Shown here piece by piece: positions 31,337 to 40,413 of a stretch of 64,000 nt of DNA. Origin of the DNA: Chloroflexota bacterium (GTDB lineage: Bacteria > Chloroflexota > UBA11872 > VXOZ01). The DNA lies in contig OZ244922.1 in NCBI GenBank assembly GCA_965221905.1, positions 992,001 to 1,056,000 of the forward strand. Reading direction: 5' to 3'. The translations under genes and the position numbers were made by a program. The notes beneath the pieces are model-generated. The model saw only the letters and a program-made list of their open reading frames with translations, was not told the DNA's origin and searched no databases. Position 1 is the stretch's first letter; every line of letters starts with the position of its first letter.

Positions 31337-31915
31337 TTAGGGCGAATGCGTTGATGCCGGCTGATTTTTCGTGCCCGCGCCTTGTATGCGCGCGGCGAGG
31401 ATGCCGGCCAGCAGGCCGAAGAGGTGGCCTTCCCACGAAATGTAGGCGTCGGTTGGCAGCACCCCCCACACGAGACCGCCGTAGAAGAAGAGCGTGACCA
31501 GGGCGATGAGGATCGACCGGAGGCTGCGGTCGTACCAGCCGCGCGCCACCAGGTAGCCGAAGTACCCGAAGATGAGACCGCTTGCGCCGATGTGGTAGGC
31601 CGTCCGTCCGAAGAGCCACACCGCCGTCCCGCCACACAGGATGATGAGGAGCGACGCGCCGAGAAACGCTCGCCTGCCCCGCAAGACAACGAGCCCCCCA
31701 AGTACGAGAAACGGGAGGGTGTTCACCAGCAAATGGCCGAGGTTGGCGTGCAGAAACGGACTCAACGGGATGCCGCGCAGACCTATGAGGCTACGCGGCA
31801 ATATTCCCCAGGTGTTGAGCTGATGCCCCGTTAGCAGGTTGGCCGCTTCCACCGCCCAGAGCATGGCAACGGATCCTAGGACGAGGAATAGGCTGGTTTT
31901 GAGCTGTGTTGCCAT
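31337..31915 (-). CDS. rhomboid family intramembrane serine protease
   Basis: FLHANLGHLLVN, HIGASG and SWEGHLFG motifs. Confidence 0.92.
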   Translation of the reverse strand: MATQLKTSLFLVLGSVAMLWAVEAANLLTGHQLNTWGILPRSLIGLRGIPLSPFLHANLGHLLVNTLPFLVLGGLVVLRGRRAFLGASLLIILCGGTAVWLFGRTAYHIGASGLIFGYFGYLVARGWYDRSLRSILIALVTLFFYGGLVWGVLPTDAYISWEGHLFGLLAGILAARIQGAGTKNQPASTHSP

Positions 31916-32108
31916 TACGCATCACACTGTTGGCGCTGGTTATTTGGGGCTAATCACTGCTGGAGAAGTAACTGCTTGCAGCGCTGCGGCAGTATTGTGA
32001 AAGTGTAGGGGAATCATCCTAGTGTTCAGTATCCGTTCATGCTTCGACAGGCTCAGCACGAACGGATACTTGGCCTCCGGCGGTCTCAATCTCAATCATC
32101 TTTGCGAG

Positions 32109-32257
32109 CCAGCCTGAATCGACCGTACGATCCAGCTTGTATCGACCGTACGATCCAGCTTGTATCGACCGTATGATCCAGCTTGTATCGTCCGTACGCG
32201 CCAGCTTGTATCGTCCTCACAAGCCAGCCGATGTCGACCGTTTGCGCCAGCTTGTTC
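32109..32257. repeat. 23-bp tandem repeat, about 6.5 copies (ccagcttgtatcgaccgtacgat)
   Basis: ccag starts at 32109, 32132, 32155, 32178, 32201, 32224 and 32247. Confidence 0.9.
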
Positions 32258-32393
32258 CGAGCTTGTCAATGGATCGAAGGGTGCACGGACTCAATTGCTT
32301 AGATAAACCCCACTTCCGTTCGCCCCCGTATCGAGTACGGGGCAAGCTCTGAGCCTGTCGAAGGGTGAACGGTCGCCCCCAGTCAACCGACCG

Positions 32394-33290
32394 CTACGAG
32401 CCGCCTCTGCCGGGGTAGGTTAGTTCGGCCACGCCGGACTTATCGAGCTCGCCCAGACCCATGTCAATCATCTTATCGTACTGGGCCTTTGTTGCCTGAG
32501 CCAGCGGCAGGGAGAGGCCGGCGTCTGCAGCCAAGTCCAGTGCAATGCCGGAGTCCTTAGAGGCGTGGGCAGCGGAGAAATAGCACTCGTGGTCGCGCGC
32601 CTCCATGTCTTCACCGTCGGTCTCCAGCACCCGCGAGTTGGCGCCGGTCTGGGAAAATACCTCGCGCAGCAGCGCGCTATCAAGTCCCAACGCTTCTCCG
32701 AGGCCGAGACCCTCGGCCAGACCCGCAGTATTGATGTTCATCACCATGTTCACAAGCGCCTTCACCTGAGCGGCCGTGCCGGCCGGGCCGATGTAACGCA
32801 GCGAGACACTCATAATGTCCAGTAGCGGTCGTGCGCGGGCAAAGGCGTCCTCATTGCCGCCGCACATGAGATAGAGCGTGCCGTCGCGCGCTTGCGTGAT
32901 GCTGCTCGCCATGCACGCCTCGAGGCTCTGCGCGCCCGCCGCCTCCGCGCGCTGCTCCACGTCCACGTGGACTTGCGGCGCGATGGTGGCGCAGTTGACG
33001 AAGAGCTTTCCGGCGGCGTTCTGCAGCAGGCTGTCGCCCTCTTCCGCAAAGATTGCGTACATGGCTTGGTCGTCAGTGACGACGGTGATGATCGTATCGA
33101 CGAGACTGGTTACTTGCCCCAGCGTATCGCAGGCTTGCGCGCCGATCTCGGCAGCTAGCTCCTGAGCGGCGGCTGAATTCACGTCGTAGACAGCGGTGAC
33201 GGCATAGCCCTGGTCGTTCAAATGGCGGGCAATGTTCGCGCCCATGCGGCCGACGCCGACGATGCCGACGGTAGTATCGTTTGCTGCCAT
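32394..33290 (-). CDS. NAD(P)-dependent beta-hydroxyacid dehydrogenase family oxidoreductase
   Basis: GIVGVGRMG, GTLYLMCGG, KALVN...GLAEG and KD motifs. Confidence 0.9.
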   Translation of the reverse strand: MAANDTTVGIVGVGRMGANIARHLNDQGYAVTAVYDVNSAAAQELAAEIGAQACDTLGQVTSLVDTIITVVTDDQAMYAIFAEEGDSLLQNAAGKLFVNCATIAPQVHVDVEQRAEAAGAQSLEACMASSITQARDGTLYLMCGGNEDAFARARPLLDIMSVSLRYIGPAGTAAQVKALVNMVMNINTAGLAEGLGLGEALGLDSALLREVFSQTGANSRVLETDGEDMEARDHECYFSAAHASKDSGIALDLAADAGLSLPLAQATKAQYDKMIDMGLGELDKSGVAELTYPGRGGS

Positions 33291-33310
33291 GACTCTCTCC
33301 CTTTCGTACT

Positions 33311-33353
33311 AAAAAAGAGCCGTCCGGCCCACTTAGTAGTCAGGCCGAACGGC
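33311..33353 (-). terminator. intrinsic terminator
   Basis: Minus strand gccgttcggcc...ggccggacggc stem followed by tcTTTTTT, just after the 33380..33823 gene. Confidence 0.7.
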
Positions 33354-33379
33354 AAGTACAGTCTTTCCTTCTGCGTAGC

Positions 33380-33823
33380 TTAGCCGGATAGCGAACCGTG
33401 CAACTCTTGCCAGTCATCAAGAGCGTTGAGGGAGGCGGCATCGGTGATATTGCCATCGTTGGCGAGGCCGGTGGCATCGCAGATGCCCCCTACGGTGTCG
33501 CCGTCATGGTTGTAGCCGAGAATAGCCGCATTGCTCGCCTCAACAGTCTCGGCGGAAATGCTGCCGCCGTTCTGGTCCACGACCCACTGCTCAAACTCAA
33601 GGTAAGTCGGGCCGTTGGAGCGCAGGTAGTTGAGGGCCGCATCGCGGTCGACGTTGAGGCCGTCCAATACCATCTGGTCGAAACCGGCGCCGCACTCGTC
33701 ATATTCGTCGTGCAGCCTGCCGTTCGCGGCCAGCGAGACCTTCAACCACAGACGGGGCAGGTGCACTGCTCCCAGGGGGCCGGCTTCACTTGAACCAATC
33801 AGGGGTACGAGCTTATCTGCCAT
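33380..33823 (-). CDS. DUF5069-like protein
   Basis: GPLGAVHLPRLWLK...GFDQMVL motif; ATG at 33823 with GGAGG RBS. Confidence 0.7.
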   Translation of the reverse strand: MADKLVPLIGSSEAGPLGAVHLPRLWLKVSLAANGRLHDEYDECGAGFDQMVLDGLNVDRDAALNYLRSNGPTYLEFEQWVVDQNGGSISAETVEASNAAILGYNHDGDTVGGICDATGLANDGNITDAASLNALDDWQELHGSLSG

Positions 33824-33894
33824 GACAATTCCTCCTAGATCGCTGCGGTTGTGCAACGAATTCCGAACACAATACATCCTAAAGTATCGGAGTC

Positions 33895-33924
33895 ACTATA
33901 GCCGCCCAGTGGTAGCACTGTCAA
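33895..33924 (-). promoter_or_regulatory. sigma70-like promoter TTGACA-N18-TATAGT
   Basis: Near-consensus hexamers about 70 nt upstream of the 33823 start. Confidence 0.65.
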
Positions 33925-34006
33925 CACCGGTAGGCTCGATTGCCTTTGTTACCGGCCGCTCCGGCAGTAGACCGTTACCCTTCTGGAAATCGCGATGCCG
34001 CTGCTC

Positions 34007-35326
34007 TCAAACCTCAAGGTGCGGCTGGATGAGGTCGTCCAGGGTCTCGCGGCGGCGGATCAGACGAGCGTTGCCATCGTTTACCAACACGACCGCAGGT
34101 CGCGGCACCAGGTTGTAGTTGCTGGACATGGCCAGGCAGTATGCGCCGGAACTGGGCACGGCGATCAGGTCGCCGGGGTTGAGCTTGGGCATTGCCACGT
34201 CTTTGAAGAGCACATCGCCGCTTTCGCAATAGCGGCCGGCGATTGTCACCGTTTCTGCCGGTGCGTCGTGCATGCGGTTGCCGACGAGCACCGTGTACGC
34301 CGCATCGTAGAGCGCCGGGCGAATGTTATCGGCCATGCCGCCGTCCACGGCGACGTATTTGCGCACACCGGGAATCTCCTTGCTCGAGCCGACGGAGTAG
34401 AGACCCACGCCGGCCTGCCCCACGATCGAACGTCCCGGTTCCACGATCAGGCGCGGCAGGTCCCAGCCCAGCGCGGCCATGCGGTCTTTCACTGTGGTAG
34501 TCACCGTCTCTGCCAGAAGCTCGATGGGCGGCGGGTCGTCGGCGCCGGTGTAACGTATGCCCCAGCCGCCGCCGGGTGAAAGCTCCTTGACCTGCAGGCC
34601 GTAGGCGTCGGCCATCTTCTGCGCGAACCGGATGAGCAGGTCGAGGGTGTCCACGTAGGGATCGATGTCGAAGATCTGGCTGCCTATGTGGGCGTGGATG
34701 CCGATGAGGTCCAGGTGCGGCGCGGCTTGTGCACGCTTTACGGCTTCCTCCGCATGGCCGATGGGCAGCGCAAAGCCGAACTTAGAGTCGAGCGCGCCGG
34801 TCTTGATGTAGTCGTGGGTGTGCGCCTCGACGCCGGGACCGATGCGCAGGAGAATCTGCGCCTGCTTCCCCGCTTCTCCCGCGATGGTATTGAGCAGGTC
34901 GATCTCGTTAAAGTTGTCCACCACGATGCGTCCCACGCCGACTTCCAGGGCGTAGGCCAGTTCTGCGGGCAGCTTGTTATTGCCGTGGAAGTAAATTCGT
35001 TCCAGTGGAAAGTCGGCGGCGAGGGCGACTGCAATTTCACCCGCTGAAACTACGTCCAGTCCCATGCCCTCTTCGTTAGCAATCTTGACTACGTGGGGAT
35101 CGGAGTAGGCCTTGCTGGCGTAGAGCGGGAGCGCGTCCGGGTAATTGGCGTTGAGGGCATTTACATAGCGGCGCATGTTGGTGCGTAGGGTCGCTTCGTC
35201 ATAAATGTAGAGCGGCGTCCCGAACTCTCGCGCTAACTCCGTCACCGGCACACCGCCGATGGCAAGCACGCCGGCGTCCGAAACCTCCGTCGAAACCGGC
35301 AGCACCTGGTCTGCTACTTCAATCAT
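34007..35326 (-). CDS. lysA: diaminopimelate decarboxylase
   Basis: GTPLYIYD, YASKA, HGNNK, SKFG, HIGSQ, EPGRSIV, CESGD and GAYC motifs. Confidence 0.97.
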   Translation of the reverse strand: MIEVADQVLPVSTEVSDAGVLAIGGVPVTELAREFGTPLYIYDEATLRTNMRRYVNALNANYPDALPLYASKAYSDPHVVKIANEEGMGLDVVSAGEIAVALAADFPLERIYFHGNNKLPAELAYALEVGVGRIVVDNFNEIDLLNTIAGEAGKQAQILLRIGPGVEAHTHDYIKTGALDSKFGFALPIGHAEEAVKRAQAAPHLDLIGIHAHIGSQIFDIDPYVDTLDLLIRFAQKMADAYGLQVKELSPGGGWGIRYTGADDPPPIELLAETVTTTVKDRMAALGWDLPRLIVEPGRSIVGQAGVGLYSVGSSKEIPGVRKYVAVDGGMADNIRPALYDAAYTVLVGNRMHDAPAETVTIAGRYCESGDVLFKDVAMPKLNPGDLIAVPSSGAYCLAMSSNYNLVPRPAVVLVNDGNARLIRRRETLDDLIQPHLEV

Positions 35327-35857
35327 CTAAGCTTGGCTCCTAATTGATGGAATTGGTTCAAGGTCGTGAGTTCAATAGTATCGTATTCTGTGGGATAGGA
35401 CTTTGCCAAGCTGCGTCTTGGCGCAAAGCACCTTGGGCAATTAAATCTGATGAAAGAGTTTGACAGTGTGTGGCAAGACTTCATTCTTGAAGCTATCCAG
35501 ATGGATGTACCTGTCCTTGTGGTAGGCAGCAGGATCTAGCTACTATGGGCACGTTACACTCCACTTCTCCGTGGTTTTCCTGGCTGAAGATTTGTTGGAG
35601 AATCACTATGAGGAGTGAAGCGCAGTAGAACTCAAGCAGTTCTTACAGGGAGACATTTGCTCTCGCGACAAGAGCGGGGGACAATAAGCCCCCGCGCTAT
35701 GTTTCAGTTGGAGTCGTGAGGAGTGTAGTGTTACAAGGGTTCTAGGACACGCGCAATGATTTCGGTTGGTTACACGAAGCCTTCTGGTTACGCATTGAAT
35801 CCTCCGTGTGAAAGACAGGCTGCGGCCAGCTCTGAATAAATGAAGTGTCAAGTCAGC

Positions 35858-36118
35858 CTAGATGTTCTCAATAACTACCTGGCGGCTGGCGAGAAGTGAC
35901 TGTATTTCATGACGGACGAGTCTCTCCTCTATGGCTGAGTCGTTCAATAAGCACAGCAGGTTGAGAGCACGGGACCATACCTGCACCTCAAAGGCGTCTT
36001 CAGGCTCTTCTAGGAAGAAGGCGGCGTACTCAAGGAGCCATTTGGATAGCTCCTGATGAGCAAGTTGGCTATCTAGATAAGCTTGGATGCGCCTAAACAG
36101 TTCTTTGGAAGGCTCCAT
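35858..36118 (-). CDS. small helical hypothetical protein (MEPSKELFRR...)
   Basis: AGGAGG 7 nt before the ATG at 36118; protein-like composition. Confidence 0.6.
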   Translation of the reverse strand: MEPSKELFRRIQAYLDSQLAHQELSKWLLEYAAFFLEEPEDAFEVQVWSRALNLLCLLNDSAIEERLVRHEIQSLLASRQVVIENI

Positions 36119-36470
36119 GGCAGTGCCTCCTGCTAGACGCGGGAACACAGAGAAACCGCATCGCTTCGTTCATCCGACTGAAATTCGTGCGCACTTCAAT
36201 GGTATGCAATTGTACGCAAAGGCCGCAAGAGGCGAGCTAGATCAAGTCTTGCGCGCGGAGTACTTAACACCACCAGCGGCCAATCAGGTGCCCGGGACAG
36301 TATCACAACTCGTAGCATACTACGAGCGCCTCCATGACGACCAGAAGCGGCCCGTTGCAATCGTCTTCCAATACTTGCAGCCAAATGGGAAGTTAGGTGC
36401 TAGCGGAAGACCGGACCCTAAGTGGCTTCGACTGCCTGACGGCACCATCATTGCTGCGAAGTCGCGTTGA
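36117..36470 (+). CDS. small hypothetical protein (..VFQYLQPNGKLGASGRPDPKW..)
   Basis: GGAAGG before the ATG at 36117; globular-looking sequence. The start is uncertain. Confidence 0.55.
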   Translation: MAVPPARRGNTEKPHRFVHPTEIRAHFNGMQLYAKAARGELDQVLRAEYLTPPAANQVPGTVSQLVAYYERLHDDQKRPVAIVFQYLQPNGKLGASGRPDPKWLRLPDGTIIAAKSR

Positions 36471-36710
36471 GTGGGTTAACTGCATAGGTGTGCATTTCGA
36501 GGGCGACTTTCAGCCTGATCGCTCTTCTCTACAATAGATGAATTCGCTCAAGCTTTTGCCATTCCATTAGCACAGGCTCTGAATTGAATCGAGGCTAGCC
36601 GCTTGGCATAGTAATAGTATTGAGTGAAACGGAGCGGGTGGCGAGGTACAATTCTAGTAGATTCCCGGAGTATTTGGGAACAACCGACGCGCACAAAGGA
36701 GAGACTGGTC

Positions 36711-37643
36711 ATGCACACGCGTGGGATGGGGCTATTTATCTCTCTGTGCGTGCTGATTGTCGTGCTTGCAGGCTGTGCTACTACACCTGGAGCGTTGCCG
36801 TCTGGAAAGACTGAGGCAGGGGAAGGCGCTGGCGCGATTGCCGGAGAGCAGACTGTCCAGAGCGCGGAATGCCCGGTAACCACTCCCATCACCATAACGC
36901 CGCCGGACTCAAAATACCGCAGTCCGCTGCCTCGCGGCGCATACTATGCAAGCGCCGACGAGATGATTTTGGTACCGTCTGAGGAATGGGGGCTAGGGGG
37001 CCGGAAGATTCCTTGGATCAAGCCGCTCGGATCGCGGCTTACCGTGCAGGGACGCCGTCTGGACGGCGACGCCGCGCCGCTCTGGGCCGACATTTCTTCC
37101 GGGTATTCTGGCGATTTTCAGTCGAGCATCGTAATCATTCCTACGGCGGGCTGCTGGGAGATCGAGGCCCGCGCCAATGCCAGTGTGTTGCGCTTTGTGC
37201 TCTTCATTCCGCCACGGCAGCAGCCCGAGACAGCTCCTTCGTGTGCGGGCATAGACGACGTGGTGCGGCTTGTTAACGTCATTGTCGTCGGTCACATTGA
37301 AAGACGCGTGCTGGATCCAAGCGGCCGCTGGGCGTGGCAGCGCGTGCGCGTGATGCGAAGTCTCTACCCCTATTCGTTTTACCGGGAATATGCGAGCCCT
37401 GGCACCGTGCTCACGGTCCTGCAGGACGGCGCGCGCGAGCCGTTGCTTGCGGTGGGAGACGACTACGTGCTCGTACTGCGCGGCAGTCCACTGCAAATCG
37501 TCTGCCCGCATCAGACCGTGGCGGCGGTAGACAGTGAGCAAGAACCGGCCCGCGTCGAGATTCTAACACCGGGAACAGCATTTTGGTCGGGAGAAACGGT
37601 CCCAGAGATCGAAGCCCAGATTAGGGCGGCCCATCTCCAGTAA
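36711..37643 (+). CDS. two-domain lipoprotein of unknown function
   Basis: AAGGAG RBS, lipobox LAGC, CPVT...GRRLDG...PTAGCWEI domain. Confidence 0.75.
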   Translation: MHTRGMGLFISLCVLIVVLAGCATTPGALPSGKTEAGEGAGAIAGEQTVQSAECPVTTPITITPPDSKYRSPLPRGAYYASADEMILVPSEEWGLGGRKIPWIKPLGSRLTVQGRRLDGDAAPLWADISSGYSGDFQSSIVIIPTAGCWEIEARANASVLRFVLFIPPRQQPETAPSCAGIDDVVRLVNVIVVGHIERRVLDPSGRWAWQRVRVMRSLYPYSFYREYASPGTVLTVLQDGAREPLLAVGDDYVLVLRGSPLQIVCPHQTVAAVDSEQEPARVEILTPGTAFWSGETVPEIEAQIRAAHLQ

Positions 37644-37780
37644 TGCGAGCCGTGCGGCGAGTAGGTGGTGACAAGGGGTCCGGTCGGAGTTGGTGAACAC
37701 CATGTACTGCATCTACGCCCGCGATCCGGTTGTTGGCGTGGTTAATGTGGTTGGAACCCCCTGCTCTGGCCATGCCCTAG

Positions 37781-37843
37781 GCGCAGGTTGCAAACCTACG
37801 CTACCAGTCACGCGCAAGGCGCAGGTTGCAAACCTACGCTACC
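37781..37843. repeat. REP-like gcgcaggttgcaaacct(a/g)cgctacc, 2 copies
   Basis: Family also at ~28180, ~43541, ~52708 (inverted) and ~58647. Confidence 0.85.
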
Positions 37844-37973
37844 GGTCGCGCGCTAGGCGGCTCCTATTGGGCCTCTATCGGGACGAAGCGGTGTTGTTTC
37901 AATAGCGAGCGGATTCGCGCACAAGATTCGTGCACAGGAATGGATACCGCAGTCGCCAATTCGCATTGCATGT

Positions 37974-40073
37974 TTAGGCAACTGTAGTGGGAGCGATTTC
38001 CAAGGTCACGACGTCGGTCTCCGACAGGCGCGGCAGAGTGACGATCGTATGCTTGCCATCGCGCCGGACGTGCACGGTTTGACCGCTGGCGGCAGATGCC
38101 GCATGCACGGAGAGGACGGACTTGATTGTTACGTCCGCTAGGGTCACGGCTTCCGGTACGTCTACCCATGCGCTGCTTCTCGGCCCGCGCCCAATGCCGT
38201 CGCCCAGCGGCCGGGTCACAGGGCAGTTGACGAGAAAGACCTTGAGTTCGTTGCCGTCTTTGGTATAGGCGGCCTCGACGTTTGGCACTCCTTGCAGGCG
38301 CAGGTCGGCGGCATAGCCGATGAACATCAGTATATGCATAACCATGCGGCCAAACGCGCGCGCACCCCGCAGCAGGTATTCGGCAAACGGCTCATGGTTG
38401 CAGTAGGCGATTTGGCCGTCGCCGAAACGCCCGAAGACTATTGACGGCATGTCGGTTTCCGTGCTCCAGCGCGTGCCGTGGCTGTCCCAGACCTCGTCAT
38501 GGGGAACGACGACCGGCTTGAGGGAATAGGCAAGTTCGCCAAAACCCGGGAAGTTGCGCAGCGGCCAGTGGCCGAGGGAACATGCCAGTTCCCAATCGGG
38601 GATATTCCAGTCATGCGGGGCATGGATGTACCAGCCGTCCTGGCGCGCGAAGCCGTGGCTTTGGCGATCAGCCAGGATGATGCCGAGGTCGCGCTGTAGG
38701 TTGTTGGCGCCGGTGACGAGCATGCGCCCGCCGTTCTCCACAAAGTCCCGCAGGAGTGGCAGCGATTCCGGCCTGAGGTCGCCGGGATGGGCCACAATGA
38801 CTGCTTTCAAGCCGGTGAAGTCGTTTGCTTCCAAGAGATCGTCGCAGAGCAACCGGAAAGGAAAGTGCTGCTCGCTCAGATACTTGTAAGCGCCCGCCGT
38901 GTCGCGGCTGAAGCCATGCACCGATGGCACGTTCCCTACCGCCACCTGCTCCTCGGAGAAGAGCAGCCCGACTTCTGCGTACGTCGTCGCCTTGGCGCGT
39001 GCTTCTGCAAGCGGACCGATCTTCGCGAAGGTTGTTGCTACTTTGTCCAGCACCGGTTTGCCGAAGAAGCCCGTGCGTGTGTCCGGCGCGCCCCAGAGCG
39101 TCGTGGCGTCGGCGCCGGCGATGAGCGCGCTGGCAGCTTGAAACGTTAGCTGGCTCTCGCTAACGCCTGCGTACGGTACATTGTCCCAGCAGAAGGCAAT
39201 TTCCACGGGACGGCTCTTTGCCAGCGCCCGCAGGCGGTGCGTCTGCAGGGCCGGTAGAAAGAAGTTGGCACCGGTAGCATCGGATTCGCCAAAGAGGTAG
39301 TCATCGTGGGTGTAAGGCCAAAAGGCGTTATGGGTAAGTTGAATGTCCTTGCCGCTGGCTTGGATGCGTTCCTTCACTCCTGCGAGATAGGTTTCTACCA
39401 CGTGATTGCCAAAGGCAGCGATGCGTGAGCGGTGTTCTGCCCCAAAGCGGCGCGCAAAGCCTCGGCGACGCCCTTGCAGAGCGTGCCTCCTTCTCGAATT
39501 GGGGTGAGAACCCGGCGAGCGCGTCGGCATGGCGGGAAACGGCTCGCCGGAGTGTTCTTCCCATGCTTGCCGACAGTGATCGCAGAAGCACAGCATCCGG
39601 TAGTGCACTATGTCCAGGAAGAGGCGCGAGAAGGTGTAGTTGGCGAGCAACTCTTCAAGCATGTCGTAGGTATATTCGCGGTAGGGCGAGTTGAGGCAGA
39701 GCCAACGCCAACGCGTCGGTCGACCGGGCAGCGGCTTTCCGTCGGCATCGTGGCTGCGCCACTCTTCTTGCGTGCGATAGGCGTGCTCGTCCCAGCGCAC
39801 GGAGTAATAGAGGGCCGGATCGATGCCGTGCCGGTGGGCTTCGTCGGTCTGGGCCGCAATGAGATCGAAGTCAAGCGCCGGGTGGCGCAAGCCTACTTTG
39901 GTGTCATAATACGCGTGACCCCAATGGCACTTGGCTTGGAGCAGCACCGCGTCGGTGCCGATGTCACGCAATGCTGCCATCTGTGCAGCCGGATCCACTT
40001 GCGAGAGCGTGTGCGGGCCGTAGGGCCCAAGATGATTGTCGATAAGTACGCGTTTTGGGCCGGCTTCTGCCAT
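37974..40073 (-). CDS. GHL6/GH151-like glycoside hydrolase with beta-galactosidase trimerisation-like domain
   Basis: AKCHWGHAYYDTKVG..HP, LCLNSPY, LFLD and CFCDHC motifs; ATG at 40073 with GGAGG. Confidence 0.8.
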   Translation of the reverse strand: MAEAGPKRVLIDNHLGPYGPHTLSQVDPAAQMAALRDIGTDAVLLQAKCHWGHAYYDTKVGLRHPALDFDLIAAQTDEAHRHGIDPALYYSVRWDEHAYRTQEEWRSHDADGKPLPGRPTRWRWLCLNSPYREYTYDMLEELLANYTFSRLFLDIVHYRMLCFCDHCRQAWEEHSGEPFPAMPTRSPGSHPNSRRRHALQGRRRGFARRFGAEHRSRIAAFGNHVVETYLAGVKERIQASGKDIQLTHNAFWPYTHDDYLFGESDATGANFFLPALQTHRLRALAKSRPVEIAFCWDNVPYAGVSESQLTFQAASALIAGADATTLWGAPDTRTGFFGKPVLDKVATTFAKIGPLAEARAKATTYAEVGLLFSEEQVAVGNVPSVHGFSRDTAGAYKYLSEQHFPFRLLCDDLLEANDFTGLKAVIVAHPGDLRPESLPLLRDFVENGGRMLVTGANNLQRDLGIILADRQSHGFARQDGWYIHAPHDWNIPDWELACSLGHWPLRNFPGFGELAYSLKPVVVPHDEVWDSHGTRWSTETDMPSIVFGRFGDGQIAYCNHEPFAEYLLRGARAFGRMVMHILMFIGYAADLRLQGVPNVEAAYTKDGNELKVFLVNCPVTRPLGDGIGRGPRSSAWVDVPEAVTLADVTIKSVLSVHAASAASGQTVHVRRDGKHTIVTLPRLSETDVVTLEIAPTTVA

Positions 40074-40413
40074 GAGCTTCCTCCCATGTTTAACGCATCG
40101 GACACGCTTGTCGATTACGCGAGTGTGCTCACGCTGCGCGAATGTGCTCGCGGCGACCGAGGACACTTGCTGCAGCTATGGAAAGCTGTTGTTGGGTACT
40201 CACTCGCTGCGAGCGCCCACTCGCTGCGAGCGCCCACGGTAGCCAACGTAGCTGCTGCGGTTCCCTTCAATGCTACTTGTCTAGGAGTCTGTTGCCAAAT
40301 AGCCCTGCACCTGTGTTAGGGATCGCCGCTAAAGGCGCTTACTTGGAGAATCGTCCCTGCAAGGGGGTATTATAGGCACTATAGAGCAATCAGCCTGTTT
40401 CGGAGACTGTTGA

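Noticed and set aside
35327-35700. Lysine riboswitch upstream of lysA (also checked upstream of dapL and dapF)
   Set aside because: No ordered AGAGG-GC / GAAAGG / GCCGAA / ACTGTC consensus was seen on the sense strand.
40199-40237. 17-bp direct repeat cactcgctgcgagcgcc x2
   Set aside because: Only two copies with no other support; probably a local slippage duplication.
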